From Escherichia phage SRT7, in sequence record NC_048002.1: 39,883 nt of DNA. One strand, written 5' to 3'. The notes beneath the pieces were generated by a model that saw nothing but the letters and a program-made list of their open reading frames with translations, ran no database searches and had not been told where the DNA came from. Shown here one piece after another: positions 19,940 through 30,313 of this stretch. Both the position numbers and the translations under genes were made by a program. Numbering within the stretch: the first letter of the stretch is position 1; every line of letters begins with the position of its first letter.

Positions 19940-20227
19940 TTACAGGTTGATGCCACCGCCACCAGAGCGGGATACACTCAGCGACTTCTTGCCACCAGCT
20001 CGGGCCTTCTTACGGTCACTTTCGGTGCTCGCATCGGTCTCCGTTTCGGTGGTCGTTGGGGTTGCTACCTCTACCGCAGCCGCAGGTGGAATAACCTCCT
20101 GTTGAGCAATCTCAGGGGCGGTAGGTTGAGCACCAAGACCCACAGCTCCAGCTACTTGTTTAACAGGGCGTGTGACGGCTTTACGTACCTTCTTAAAGGC
20201 TTTCTTGAAAGATGAACCGAATCCCAT
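19940..20227 (-). CDS. gp7.3: Tail assembly protein (T7 gp7.3-like)
   Basis: Start moved to ATG at 20227 (MGFGSSFKK..., 95 aa) with AAGGAGA RBS; C-terminus RKKARAGGKKSLSV..GGGINL matches T7 gp7.3. Confidence 0.8.
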   Translation of the reverse strand: MGFGSSFKKAFKKVRKAVTRPVKQVAGAVGLGAQPTAPEIAQQEVIPPAAAVEVATPTTTETETDASTESDRKKARAGGKKSLSVSRSGGGGINL

Positions 20228-20237
20228 GATGGTCTCC

Positions 20238-20471
20238 TTATTTCTTAGTTGATGTTTTGGCCTTGATAGCCGCTCGGATACCACCAGACCCACTAGTGGT
20301 CTTATTGATGGTTGCAGACTTAACGCCTGTCTCAGAGGTGGACTTATCGTCCTCTGGTGCTTGGCCTCCGAACTCAACACCCTGAGTATTCTCAGCGGTC
20401 AATGGGGCTGGGTCAATTGCACGTTGGGTGACCTCTTGTTTAGGCATCTTAACTTTAGGTGAGAAACACAT
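20238..20471 (-). CDS. gp6.7: Head protein (T7 gp6.7-like)
   Basis: 77 aa; MCFSPK N-terminus and VEFGG motif as in T7 gp6.7. Confidence 0.75.
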   Translation of the reverse strand: MCFSPKVKMPKQEVTQRAIDPAPLTAENTQGVEFGGQAPEDDKSTSETGVKSATINKTTSGSGGIRAAIKAKTSTKK

Positions 20472-20473
20472 AG

Positions 20474-20716
20474 TTAGTCCTCCCGGTTGTTGCGAATCTC
20501 CATCATGTCAATTACCAGAGACCCATGCTCACAGCCAGCAATGAAGCCAGCGATGTATGCCTCAGAGAACCCAGAGGCTCTCAAGGTCTCCAGCTTGTTA
20601 GACTTGGAGAGATACGAGTAGTTAAGCACAACTTGTAGATACTCCTTGACCAAACGGGGTACGTCAGGTACATCATTAGGATTCTCTAAGATGTGCTGGA
20701 TAGGCTTGAGTGACAT
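20474..20716 (-). CDS. Hypothetical protein at T7 gene 6.5 position
   Basis: 80 aa ORF directly downstream of phi6.5-like promoter. Confidence 0.65.
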   Translation of the reverse strand: MSLKPIQHILENPNDVPDVPRLVKEYLQVVLNYSYLSKSNKLETLRASGFSEAYIAGFIAGCEHGSLVIDMMEIRNNRED

Positions 20717-20803
20717 AAAGTCCTCCTTAAGTTATTGGTAATACATAATCATAAACTCTTAAATAGAACTTTAAGTAGCTTACAATAGGGTCTTTAAGTG
20801 TAC

Positions 20804-20825
20804 TCTCCCTATAGTGTGGGTTAAT
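20804..20825 (-). promoter_or_regulatory. Phage RNAP promoter (phi6.5-like)
   Basis: Consensus 22-mer on minus strand. Confidence 0.88.
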
Positions 20826-20846
20826 ACACAAAGACCCTATAATCAG

Positions 20847-20963
20847 TTACTTAGGCTCGGTCAGCCATTTGTACGCTAACCAGCTTGCAGACCACAGGCA
20901 CTTAGCTAAGCCACCCATGAAAATCAGAATGCTGACGTACTTGAGGATGATGGTGGGTTCCAT
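20847..20963 (-). CDS. Small hydrophobic peptide (38 aa) at gene 6.3 position
   Basis: Hand translation MEPTIILKYVSILIFMGGLAKCLWSASWLAYKWLTEPK; AAGGAG RBS; overlaps 3' end of gene 6 in another frame. Confidence 0.4.
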   Translation of the reverse strand: MEPTIILKYVSILIFMGGLAKCLWSASWLAYKWLTEPK

Positions 20964-21853
20964 AAGTAAATCTCCTTGTCAATAAAGTTATACTCTTCGA
21001 ATCGCAAGATGCGAGCCATACGCGCCTGAGCGATTACACCATCTTCATCCATACCAGCCTTAGCTGCGATGCTTACAATGCACTCCCACAAACTCCGACC
21101 ATCTGGGTCCGACTTGACCCACTTAGTCACCTCCTGTCCTTTGTTCTTGCCGGACTTAAGGATAGACGTTACGGGTTCCGTGAAGAACGGTTCATTCAGG
21201 AACTCTTCAGCCGTATCGCCCCATCCCGGAATCCCACCGTAACCATCAGTAATATCGCCCTTGATGGTCTGATAGAGGTGCCAGAAGTCGGCAGACTTAA
21301 GGTCCTGCACGAGGATGTTACCAGTCGTACACCACAGGAAGTCCACGTTAGGTATGGTCTTAAAGTCCTTGTCACAGGAGACCAATACAGCCTTATCGAA
21401 GCCAAACTCGGAGTGACCTGAACCAAGTATACCCATAACGTCATCACCTTCTAGTTTGTCCTCTCGGATGCATATATAGTCAGGGTTATTGAATAACGCT
21501 TCGAGGAACTCAAAGTAACCTACAGGTTTCTTCGTGGCCTTTCGGTTGGACTTGTAGTTCTCGTCAACGAGGACCTTACGCCAGTTGATTGAGTCAGTGA
21601 ACGCAAGGACAATCTTGGCAGTTGCCCAGCCTTTCTTACGGGTACGATAGGTCTCGATAGAGCTGAACAGGAACTCACGAGCCTTGGCGTGGTCACAACA
21701 ACGCTGCCAAATCTCCTCTTCCCACGAAGCGTCGAACTCAGCCGCAGACATAGCTTGGAACACCAGCCAGTCACCATCCATGACCAGTAGTCCCTTCTCT
21801 CGTGGCTGAGTCTTTCGGTAGTCGTAGAAGTCCTTAAGTGTCATTAAGCTCAT
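20924..21853 (-). CDS. gp6: 5'-3' exonuclease (T7 gp6-like)
   Basis: 309 aa; GLLVMDGDWLVFQAMSAAEFDASWEEEIW and C-terminal blocks match T7 gp6. Confidence 0.93.
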   Translation of the reverse strand: MSLMTLKDFYDYRKTQPREKGLLVMDGDWLVFQAMSAAEFDASWEEEIWQRCCDHAKAREFLFSSIETYRTRKKGWATAKIVLAFTDSINWRKVLVDENYKSNRKATKKPVGYFEFLEALFNNPDYICIREDKLEGDDVMGILGSGHSEFGFDKAVLVSCDKDFKTIPNVDFLWCTTGNILVQDLKSADFWHLYQTIKGDITDGYGGIPGWGDTAEEFLNEPFFTEPVTSILKSGKNKGQEVTKWVKSDPDGRSLWECIVSIAAKAGMDEDGVIAQARMARILRFEEYNFIDKEIYLWNPPSSSSTSAF

Positions 21854-22242
21854 GAAAGCTCCTTAGCGGTGCTCATGGCAACCGGAACGATATCTAGCAG
21901 CTTGCGCTCAGGGTCGAGAGTTGGGCCAGCAGCGTGAACCCAAGTGGTCACAACGCGAGTCTCACGGCGTTCTTCGAGAACGTTAATCTCTTCACCGTAG
22001 GTCTCGAACCCATCGTATGCGGTAGTATAACCATCAATGGTCAGACGCTTACCGACATACATCGCCAGAACCACAGCCAGCTCGCGGTCGTCGTCCAGCT
22101 CATCTTCGGCTCGCTCAGCGGTCACGTCAAGGAACATCGTAGCGTCCACCATATCGTGCTTCAGGCGACCACCTTCCTCGCACTCACCACACTCCATGAT
22201 GTAGTGCCACAGGGACAAGTTGTCTTTCTTAGTGAGAATCAT
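21850..22242 (-). CDS. Hypothetical protein (130 aa) at the gene 5.9 locus
   Basis: ATG at 22242 with GGAGG RBS; ATGA overlaps with gp5.7 stop and gp6 start; no resemblance to recalled 52-aa T7 gp5.9. Confidence 0.7.
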   Translation of the reverse strand: MILTKKDNLSLWHYIMECGECEEGGRLKHDMVDATMFLDVTAERAEDELDDDRELAVVLAMYVGKRLTIDGYTTAYDGFETYGEEINVLEERRETRVVTTWVHAAGPTLDPERKLLDIVPVAMSTAKELS

Positions 22243-22448
22243 ACACAACCTCCGTTAGCTTTCAGGAACTTAACACCAGACGCAGTGATTTCCCACGCGC
22301 CACCATTACGTCCACTCGCAGTCAAACACGAAAGGTGGCCCCGAGAGGCCGCCTCCGCTACCAGTGCCATGTTGTTACGCACATAGTTTGACTGAAAGGA
22401 CTTAGGGCACTGCTTGATTGCAGCCAGTACTTTCAGATAGTCAGACAT
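22239..22448 (-). CDS. gp5.7: T7 gp5.7-like protein
   Basis: 69 aa; MSDYLKVLAAIKQCPKSFQSNYVRNN...GRNGGAWEITASG nearly identical to T7 gp5.7. Confidence 0.9.
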   Translation of the reverse strand: MSDYLKVLAAIKQCPKSFQSNYVRNNMALVAEAASRGHLSCLTASGRNGGAWEITASGVKFLKANGGCV

Positions 22449-22744
22449 TATTTCACCACCCGTACAGTTGCTGGTGATGCTTTGAAGAGACGCTTATCGC
22501 CAATCTCTTCGAACATCTCCTTGACACCCTCACGGATGGACTTACGGATAATGAACGCTACCGCACCGTCCGGGCCACCAGTTAACGCCTGAACCAGAAG
22601 TTCCTTATTGGTGTGGTCAACGTCCTCTCGTGCCGCTACCTGTTTGGCGATGCGCTGAATGGTCTCTTTGAGTTGTTCCTCTTCAACTGAACCCAGCTTC
22701 ACGGTTACGTCGAATGATACTTTGAATTTCTTAGTGATAGCCAT
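22448..22744 (-). CDS. gp5.5: T7 gp5.5-like protein
   Basis: Start at ATG 22744 (MAITKKFKVSFDV..., 98 aa) with GAGGAGA RBS; matches T7 gp5.5; stop overlaps gp5.7 start as TAATG. Confidence 0.85.
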   Translation of the reverse strand: MAITKKFKVSFDVTVKLGSVEEEQLKETIQRIAKQVAAREDVDHTNKELLVQALTGGPDGAVAFIIRKSIREGVKEMFEEIGDKRLFKASPATVRVVK

Positions 22745-22907
22745 GTTGTTTCTCCTCTGTCGGTTCTTCATGTAATTTAAGGTTCTCCCGCACGTCTTTC
22801 GCACAGGAGCCTGATAAGTTCGGACAATAGTTACTGGTCCCATGACCGTCCCACCACGATTGTTTCATCAGGTCTATAACTTCTTGTCTCGTAAAGTTCT
22901 GCTTCAT
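22731..22907 (-). CDS. Hypothetical small protein (58 aa) at gene 5.3 position
   Basis: ATG at 22907, 10 nt after DNA polymerase stop; overlaps gp5.5 start by 14 nt. Confidence 0.5.
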   Translation of the reverse strand: MKQNFTRQEVIDLMKQSWWDGHGTSNYCPNLSGSCAKDVRENLKLHEEPTEEKQHGYH

Positions 22908-22917
22908 GCTATCTACC

Positions 22918-25110
22918 TTAGTGGCACTCAAGCCAGTTCTTACCGATTTTACCTTCAGTGTCCAGCACACAGCGGAACTTAAAGGCTTCTCCGACGATAC
23001 GCATTGCTTTCTGAGCGATTCTCACCGCATCTTCGGCAATCTCCTGTGTACGGCAAGCAATCTGCACCTCATCGTGCACCCACGCCATGTACGCAAAGTC
23101 ACCATCCCAGCCATGCTTATAGCCAGCCTCGACCATCAGACGCTCGGTCTCGATAATCCAGAGCTTACAAATAAGCGCACCTGCGGATTGCAGTAATGTG
23201 TTCAACGCTGCGTGTGGATAACGAACGTGGACCTTGCGACCATCAAGGCCCTTAATCCAACGACGCTTCCACTTAACCTGCTGCTCGCCGCCGACCCACT
23301 TAGATGACTCAACGAGGGTCTGTTGGATTGACTCACGGAGCGCTGCGATTGCTGGAGTGTTCTCAAGGAACTTGGTCTTAAGGCGCTTACCTTCAGCCTT
23401 ATCCCCACCAACAATCTGCCCGGTCTTCTCATCACCAGCTCCGTAAAGGAACCCATAGATGAACGTCTTGGCGTTGTCACGGCACATCTCGTGGTACTCA
23501 TTGTGCTTATCACGTTCAACGTTAGGTGCTAAATCAGCAGCCACTGCGTTTACCCAATGAATGTCACCATTGAGGATAATGTCACCATAAGCTCCACCAT
23601 CAAATGGAGCCATGAAGTGAGCAAGGCAACGAAGCTCCAGACCACTAGCATCAATACCAGCTTGGACCCAAGGTAAACCAGTGATACCGTCAAGATGATG
23701 CTCAGCACCAAAGGCTGCACGACAAGGCTTACCGTAAGGTGCTCGCCCGGAAGGGACCTGAGCCAGATTAGGAAAAGCGTGAGTAGCACGACCAGTAACA
23801 GCACCATTAGGGTTAACGCTACCATGAATTTTACCGTCCTCTGCAACGTAACGAAGCCAAGCCTTGTCGCCTTCCGCTGCCTGTCCGATCCGTTTCTGAA
23901 TGGTCAAGTAATCTCGGATAAGTTCAATAGCCTTCTGCTTCTCAGGGTCATCCACATGAACCTTCATGAGCTGCTCATCGTCCACAATTGGTGCACCCTT
24001 TTCGGTGAACTCAGTCGGAACCCATCCAGCTTCCTGAAGTTTCTTGGCTATGTGGTCTCGGGATGTTGGGGTGAACTCAACGTACACTACAGGAGTATAC
24101 GGAGCACCCTCAACGTAATCGCGGGTGTCCAGCTCACAAGGTTCTCGACCTTCACGTTGAGCTTTGTTCTTCGGTTTCTTGAAGATACCACCAGCTTTCG
24201 GATACTTAACGCGAGGTATGGGCTGACCTTGACACGGACCGTTGCGCCACTCAAGGAGAGGCTTACCGGAGACCGGATGTCTGAACGGTTCGGTCCCGCC
24301 TTTAGGTTCCCACCAGACACCAAAGGTATCTATGAGTTTCTGACGGAGCTGAGCACGTTCGGCTGACCACTCGACGTAGCACTCTTCGATAGACTTAGCG
24401 TCAAACGGGAAGCCATTGCGCTCCTGCTTCGCTAACAGCCACGCCGCATCGTGCTCGATAGAGATGGACCAACCAGACTTATTCCAAAACTCCTCACTGG
24501 AGAACTGAACGATGTCAAAGATACTCGATGTCGGGAAGTAGTGTTTGTCCTGCAAGAAGTACTCAAAGAGTTTCTTGGTGACCACAACGTCCTGAACGTT
24601 ATACTCCATCATGTCTTCGTTGAAGTACAACCATTCCATACCCGGCTCGTAGGCTTCACCCTCAGCCTCCAGACGAGCCTTGAAGTCGTCCTTGTACTCA
24701 CCCTTCATCTCACCCAGACGATAGCCCCACGCCTCCAGAGCTTGGCTCCCGTAGCGCTTACCGGGCAACTTACCGGAACGCAGCAGACCCATATCGGTGT
24801 CCTTCAGGTTCGCGTGAAGTAAACGCCCGATGACTAAGGTGTCGATGTTGGCTTCTTTCGGAATGTGGAAGTCACGGTCAAGGATTAACTTAGCGAGCTT
24901 CTCAAGGGCCGGGATGTCGTACTTCGTCCCGTTGTGCATTACGATGCAACCACCACGATTGACCTCAGCTTCGAGAGCGTCAAGGAAAGCAGAGAAGTCA
25001 CCCGGACGATACCGGACGTACTGGTCTGTGTGGTAATCGTAGATAACACCGCAATGGAACTTAGAGACTTTCTCAAGGAGATTGTCTGCTTCGATATCCA
25101 TTACTAACAT
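22918..25110 (-). CDS. gp5: DNA polymerase (T7 gp5-like, family A)
   Basis: Start moved to ATG 25110 (MLVMDIEADN..., 730 aa) with AAGGAGA RBS; extensive identity to T7 gp5. Confidence 0.95.
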   Translation of the reverse strand: MLVMDIEADNLLEKVSKFHCGVIYDYHTDQYVRYRPGDFSAFLDALEAEVNRGGCIVMHNGTKYDIPALEKLAKLILDRDFHIPKEANIDTLVIGRLLHANLKDTDMGLLRSGKLPGKRYGSQALEAWGYRLGEMKGEYKDDFKARLEAEGEAYEPGMEWLYFNEDMMEYNVQDVVVTKKLFEYFLQDKHYFPTSSIFDIVQFSSEEFWNKSGWSISIEHDAAWLLAKQERNGFPFDAKSIEECYVEWSAERAQLRQKLIDTFGVWWEPKGGTEPFRHPVSGKPLLEWRNGPCQGQPIPRVKYPKAGGIFKKPKNKAQREGREPCELDTRDYVEGAPYTPVVYVEFTPTSRDHIAKKLQEAGWVPTEFTEKGAPIVDDEQLMKVHVDDPEKQKAIELIRDYLTIQKRIGQAAEGDKAWLRYVAEDGKIHGSVNPNGAVTGRATHAFPNLAQVPSGRAPYGKPCRAAFGAEHHLDGITGLPWVQAGIDASGLELRCLAHFMAPFDGGAYGDIILNGDIHWVNAVAADLAPNVERDKHNEYHEMCRDNAKTFIYGFLYGAGDEKTGQIVGGDKAEGKRLKTKFLENTPAIAALRESIQQTLVESSKWVGGEQQVKWKRRWIKGLDGRKVHVRYPHAALNTLLQSAGALICKLWIIETERLMVEAGYKHGWDGDFAYMAWVHDEVQIACRTQEIAEDAVRIAQKAMRIVGEAFKFRCVLDTEGKIGKNWLECH

Positions 25111-25120
25111 AGTGTTCTCC

Positions 25121-25498
25121 TTACAGTGAGGACGATGGGATTGAGCGATAGTTATCCGCACTGACCCACGTCATTGCTTTGTGAGTTAACAGGCGAGCGC
25201 CTACGCGCATGGCAAACTGTTGAACCAGAATGCGACCATCCTTAACGTCGGATACACGATAGGCAACCTTAGACGTGCGACCCTCTACCCAATCACCCGG
25301 ACGGAACGGGTTGTGTACCTTAGCGTCAAACGCTTCTGCGATGAACTTAGGTTTCACCCAAGACTTACCATCCCAAGACCACCCAAGGTTGTGCAGAACG
25401 GCAACCGCACCATTCTTACGTGACTCCACGGCCTCAGCCGATTTCAGTTCGGATTGCAGCTTAACGATTTCTTCACGGATAGTATGAATGTTACGCAT
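25121..25498 (-). CDS. Hypothetical protein at gene 4.7 position
   Basis: 125 aa; AAAGGAG RBS; preceded by RNase III-type hairpin as T7 gene 4.7 is by R4.7. Confidence 0.7.
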   Translation of the reverse strand: MRNIHTIREEIVKLQSELKSAEAVESRKNGAVAVLHNLGWSWDGKSWVKPKFIAEAFDAKVHNPFRPGDWVEGRTSKVAYRVSDVKDGRILVQQFAMRVGARLLTHKAMTWVSADNYRSIPSSSL

Positions 25499-25526
25499 AA
25501 TTTGTACTCCTTTGTAATTAATAGAT

Positions 25527-25570
25527 AATCATAAAGGCCACCTTTCGATGACCTTGAGTTTACCTATCAG
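25527..25570 (-). promoter_or_regulatory. RNase III-type processing hairpin (R4.7-like)
   Basis: Minus RNA CTGATAGG...AAGGTCATC-GAAA-GGTGGCCTT, 9-bp stem with GNRA-like loop; overlaps stop of upstream ORF. Confidence 0.5.
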
Positions 25571-25845
25571 CTACTCAGCTCATCCAGATACGCCTTAGCG
25601 AACGCTTTGGTACGCGCTTCATCACGTTCTGGGATTGCTTTCTGTACTTGCTTGGTCAGGAGACCTAACAGGCGAGCTGCCTGAGTGTCATCTAACGTGG
25701 TACGTTGAGTGTGCATTTTCGGTGACGTACGGTCCTTCCAGCGGTAGACCATAGTGACCTTACCATTACGGACGTTAACGTGGATGCGACGATTGAAGTG
25801 GTCAACCGTATCGGACAGGTGCAGGGTCTGGGATGATTTAGACAT
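25567..25845 (-). CDS. Hypothetical protein (92 aa) at gene 4.5 position
   Basis: ATG with TAAGGAGA RBS; stop embedded in conserved CTGATAGG motif. Confidence 0.65.
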   Translation of the reverse strand: MSKSSQTLHLSDTVDHFNRRIHVNVRNGKVTMVYRWKDRTSPKMHTQRTTLDDTQAARLLGLLTKQVQKAIPERDEARTKAFAKAYLDELSS

Positions 25846-25856
25846 TATGTGTCTCC

Positions 25857-25922
25857 TTACGAGTTTGCGATGAGGATAAATACGAGACCGAGAGCTACGC
25901 CCAGCAGAAAGTAACCGTCCAT
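25857..25922 (-). CDS. Tiny hydrophobic peptide (21 aa), speculative
   Basis: MDGYFLLGVALGLVFILIANS; ATG 1 nt after upstream stop (TAAGATG); fills the gap between neighbours. Confidence 0.3.
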   Translation of the reverse strand: MDGYFLLGVALGLVFILIANS

Positions 25923-25923
25923 C

Positions 25924-26133
25924 TTAGAAGAACTCCTTCAGTTTCTGAGCCTGAGCAGCAACCTTAGCGGCCTCTGCGGTATTATCCATTGAGCCTTGAG
26001 TTAACTCTTGAACACGGCGAGCCAGCTTCTGGGCCATAGCTGCTTCAGTACGTGCCTTTGCGTTCAGACGCTTGGCTTCAACGTTGTACATTTTGATTAC
26101 TAACTTTCCGAGGGACTTAATGAACTTAAACAT
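25924..26133 (-). CDS. Hypothetical protein (69 aa) at gene 4.3 position
   Basis: AAGGAG RBS; directly downstream of phi4.3-like promoter. Confidence 0.65.
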   Translation of the reverse strand: MFKFIKSLGKLVIKMYNVEAKRLNAKARTEAAMAQKLARRVQELTQGSMDNTAEAAKVAAQAQKLKEFF

Positions 26134-26164
26134 AATGGACTCCTTAAAGTAGTTGATGGGAAGT

Positions 26165-26186
26165 GTTCCCTATAGTGTGGGTTAAT
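26165..26186 (-). promoter_or_regulatory. Phage RNAP promoter (phi4.3-like; GGGAAC initiating variant)
   Basis: Minus ATTAACCCACACTATAGGGAAC. Confidence 0.8.
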
Positions 26187-26263
26187 GTCGTGAAGGACAG
26201 ACACAAGGTCTATCCCAAGGGCAGTTGCATTGTGTGGTCAGCTTCCAGTCAGGTTCTAGTTGA

Positions 26264-28092
<1,829 letters not shown>

Positions 28093-28109
28093 AGAGTCCT
28101 CCTATAGAA

Positions 28110-28559
28110 TTACTTAGCCGTCACCAGCTCGTTTGTGTCAAGCCAACGCTTCACGTCAAAACTCGGACAAGCCTTAGCAGCAAAGTCACGGTGGCCCTTA
28201 ATGGCTACACCGGGGAACTTAACTTTCAGTTCGTCCAGAAGTTTACGCAGGGTAGCCATCTGCTGAGGCGTAAAGTTAGCCTGTGGCTGCATCTTATCGT
28301 CAACACCACCAACCAAGCAGATGCCTACGGATGAGTCGTTCTGACCTACCGTATGTGCACCAACCTGATTAACGTCACGACCAGTCTCGATAGTACCATC
28401 GCGTCGAATGATGAAGTGATAACCAACATCCAGAAAGCCACGCTCTTTATGCCACTGACGGATTTCACGCAGACCAATGTTCATGGTGGGCTTAGTTGCC
28501 GCACAGTGGACAATCAGGGTCTTGGTAGCTGCTCGTTCCTTGAACTTTACGTTAGCCAC
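28110..28559 (-). CDS. gp3.5: Lysozyme / N-acetylmuramoyl-L-alanine amidase (T7 gp3.5-like)
   Basis: GTG start at 28559 (MANVKFKERA..., 149 aa) with AAGGTGG RBS; HCAATKP...REIRQWHKE..DVGYHFII matches T7 gp3.5. Confidence 0.92.
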   Translation of the reverse strand: MANVKFKERAATKTLIVHCAATKPTMNIGLREIRQWHKERGFLDVGYHFIIRRDGTIETGRDVNQVGAHTVGQNDSSVGICLVGGVDDKMQPQANFTPQQMATLRKLLDELKVKFPGVAIKGHRDFAAKACPSFDVKRWLDTNELVTAK

Positions 28560-28785
28560 GAGACACCACCTTAGCTTCAATCTCAACCAGCGTCACCATC
28601 TCATCAGGCTTGATGCTGTAACGGGAACCAGTGGTCAGGTCAACGGATGCTACCCACGCACAGTCACCGTCATGATCTGTCTTAATCATGATGACACCGT
28701 TTGGGTGCTCAAAGGTCACACCAGCGCGGATAGAACCGTAGGCTACCTTGCGCTCTTCAGGGTGTTTATTGGTCAGTTTAATCAT
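28552..28785 (-). CDS. Hypothetical protein (77 aa) between endonuclease I and lysozyme genes
   Basis: ATG overlaps gp3 stop (ATGA); stop overlaps gp3.5 GTG start; GAGGGG RBS; no gene at this position in recalled T7 map. Confidence 0.6.
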   Translation of the reverse strand: MIKLTNKHPEERKVAYGSIRAGVTFEHPNGVIMIKTDHDGDCAWVASVDLTTGSRYSIKPDEMVTLVEIEAKVVSRG

Positions 28786-29231
28786 TTTCGTTTCCCCTCT
28801 TTAAGTTTATCGAATGGTACTTCACGCTTAGGCTCCTTTAGCCAACTTACCGGAATCAACTTGTCAGCGAACTGAATGTTGTGCTTCTCGCAAAATTCCG
28901 CATAACTGGTAGGAGACCCCTTGTAAATCTTGGTGCGACTGCTTGAGAACACCATGCGAATATCCAGTTCAGGATACTGTTCGCGAATCAATAGATGCTT
29001 CTTGCGGTCTTCGGCTTCCCAGAGCCCTTTGGTTTCCACGAAGATACCATTAGGTAACAGGAAGTCAGGCGTGTAATGGTGATTACTGGCTGGCACCACA
29101 TAGGGAACCTTCCAGACCTCATAGTCGAACTTCACGCCCTTGGCCTCAAGCTGCTTTGAGACCTTATCCTCAAGGCCGGAGCGGTATGCCCCGACCCGAA
29201 GATTACCTTTCGCAGCGTATGGATTAGCCAC
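28782..29231 (-). CDS. gp3: Endonuclease I, Holliday junction resolvase (T7 gp3-like)
   Basis: 149 aa; GTG start; FRSGLEDKVSKQLE..VPYV.PASNH.YTPDFLLPNGIFVETKGLWE matches T7 gp3. Confidence 0.93.
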   Translation of the reverse strand: MANPYAAKGNLRVGAYRSGLEDKVSKQLEAKGVKFDYEVWKVPYVVPASNHHYTPDFLLPNGIFVETKGLWEAEDRKKHLLIREQYPELDIRMVFSSSRTKIYKGSPTSYAEFCEKHNIQFADKLIPVSWLKEPKREVPFDKLKEGKRK

Positions 29232-29239
29232 GGTAGACC

Positions 29240-29944
29240 TTAGAAGTCGTCGTTGTCGTCAGCTTGACCATCGGACTCATCACCCTGTTGCCAAGACTGC
29301 TCATCACGTTGACCCTGCGACTGCTGAGCTTCGTAGCCACCTTCCTCGGTGTCGTCGCCCCAATCATCACCACCACCAGCGCCACCCGCAGCCAGCTCGA
29401 CCAGCATTACGCTAGACAGTTGCAGCTTAACGGAAGCGCCAACGGTAGGGTTCCAAGTGTAAGGCATCAGGCTGTACTTCAGCTTCAGCTTAGAGCCACC
29501 GCCAATGAAAGCTGGCAGGTCTTCGATGCGTTTACCTTTGGAGTCCACGATGGTCACGTTAATGGCCTTGGTCTCTTTGGTCTTCTTGTCTGTGTAGGAC
29601 GCATAGCAAGAGAACTTAAAGGTAGTCGTACCGTCACCGTTGTCGATGAACGGTAGGTCACCTTCATACGGCAGCAGCGGTTTCTTGCCACGCTGTACCT
29701 GCGGTGGGTTCTCTTCGTACTCTGCCTTGCGCTGAGCGAAGTGCTCTTCGTGCGCCTTAACGATTTCGTCAATCATGGCTTGACAACGCGGGTTCTTATT
29801 GTCGATGGTCAGGTTGACCTTATAGACACCACGAGGATTACCGAAGCCACGCTCTTCGTTGCCATAGTCAGGCTTGGTCAGGTACGCATACGGTTCACAA
29901 ATACCCAGAGCGGTAGTCAGGATTGCTTTACGATTGAATGACAT
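29240..29944 (-). CDS. gp2.5: Single-stranded DNA-binding protein (T7 gp2.5-like)
   Basis: 234 aa; EPYAYL.KPDYGNEERGFGNPRGVYKV and acidic C-terminus ending DF as in T7 gp2.5. Confidence 0.95.
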   Translation of the reverse strand: MSFNRKAILTTALGICEPYAYLTKPDYGNEERGFGNPRGVYKVNLTIDNKNPRCQAMIDEIVKAHEEHFAQRKAEYEENPPQVQRGKKPLLPYEGDLPFIDNGDGTTTFKFSCYASYTDKKTKETKAINVTIVDSKGKRIEDLPAFIGGGSKLKLKYSLMPYTWNPTVGASVKLQLSSVMLVELAAGGAGGGDDWGDDTEEGGYEAQQSQGQRDEQSWQQGDESDGQADDNDDF

Positions 29945-30018
29945 AATGAATCTCCTTTAAGTTAACGTTGGGTTGGGACAGGGAGCATAAAGCAGAGCGC
30001 CACTCGAATGGTGTGCTG

Positions 30019-30040
30019 TGTCCCTATAGTGTGGGTTATT
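30019..30040 (-). promoter_or_regulatory. Phage RNAP promoter (phi2.5-like; variant -17..-13 and GGGACA)
   Basis: Minus TAATAACCCACACTATAGGGACA; overlaps 3' end of gene 2. Confidence 0.75.
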
Positions 30041-30221
30041 AGACGGCTGGACGAACTCGGAGCACCTCAAAGCCTACCGGAGTATACTTAAAGGTTGCCA
30101 AATCGTGTGCCTCTTCGAGAGACCCTGCGAATACAGGCACCTCCAGCTCGCCATCAACGTAACTGAGCGTCACGAAGTACTTCTTATCGGTTGGGACGAG
30201 GCGTCCCTTCTCAATGGTCAT
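30039..30221 (-). CDS. gp2: Host RNA polymerase inhibitor (T7 gp2-like)
   Basis: Start at ATG 30221 (MTIEKGR..., 60 aa) with AAGGAGAAAGG RBS; C-terminus VGFEVLRVRP resembles T7 gp2. Confidence 0.75.
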   Translation of the reverse strand: MTIEKGRLVPTDKKYFVTLSYVDGELEVPVFAGSLEEAHDLATFKYTPVGFEVLRVRPAV

Positions 30222-30313
30222 TGGCCTTTCTCCTTCCAATGGTTGTACATAGCGAGGTAGTTCACGTCGCCAGTGCGTTCAAACATCATCTCGCACCACT
30301 CACTTGGCTTCAT
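30218..30313 (-). CDS. Small protein (31 aa) at gene 1.8 position, speculative
   Basis: ATG at 30313 overlaps gp1.7 stop; stop overlaps gp2 start; weak RBS. Confidence 0.4.
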   Translation of the reverse strand: MKPSEWCEMMFERTGDVNYLAMYNHWKEKGQ

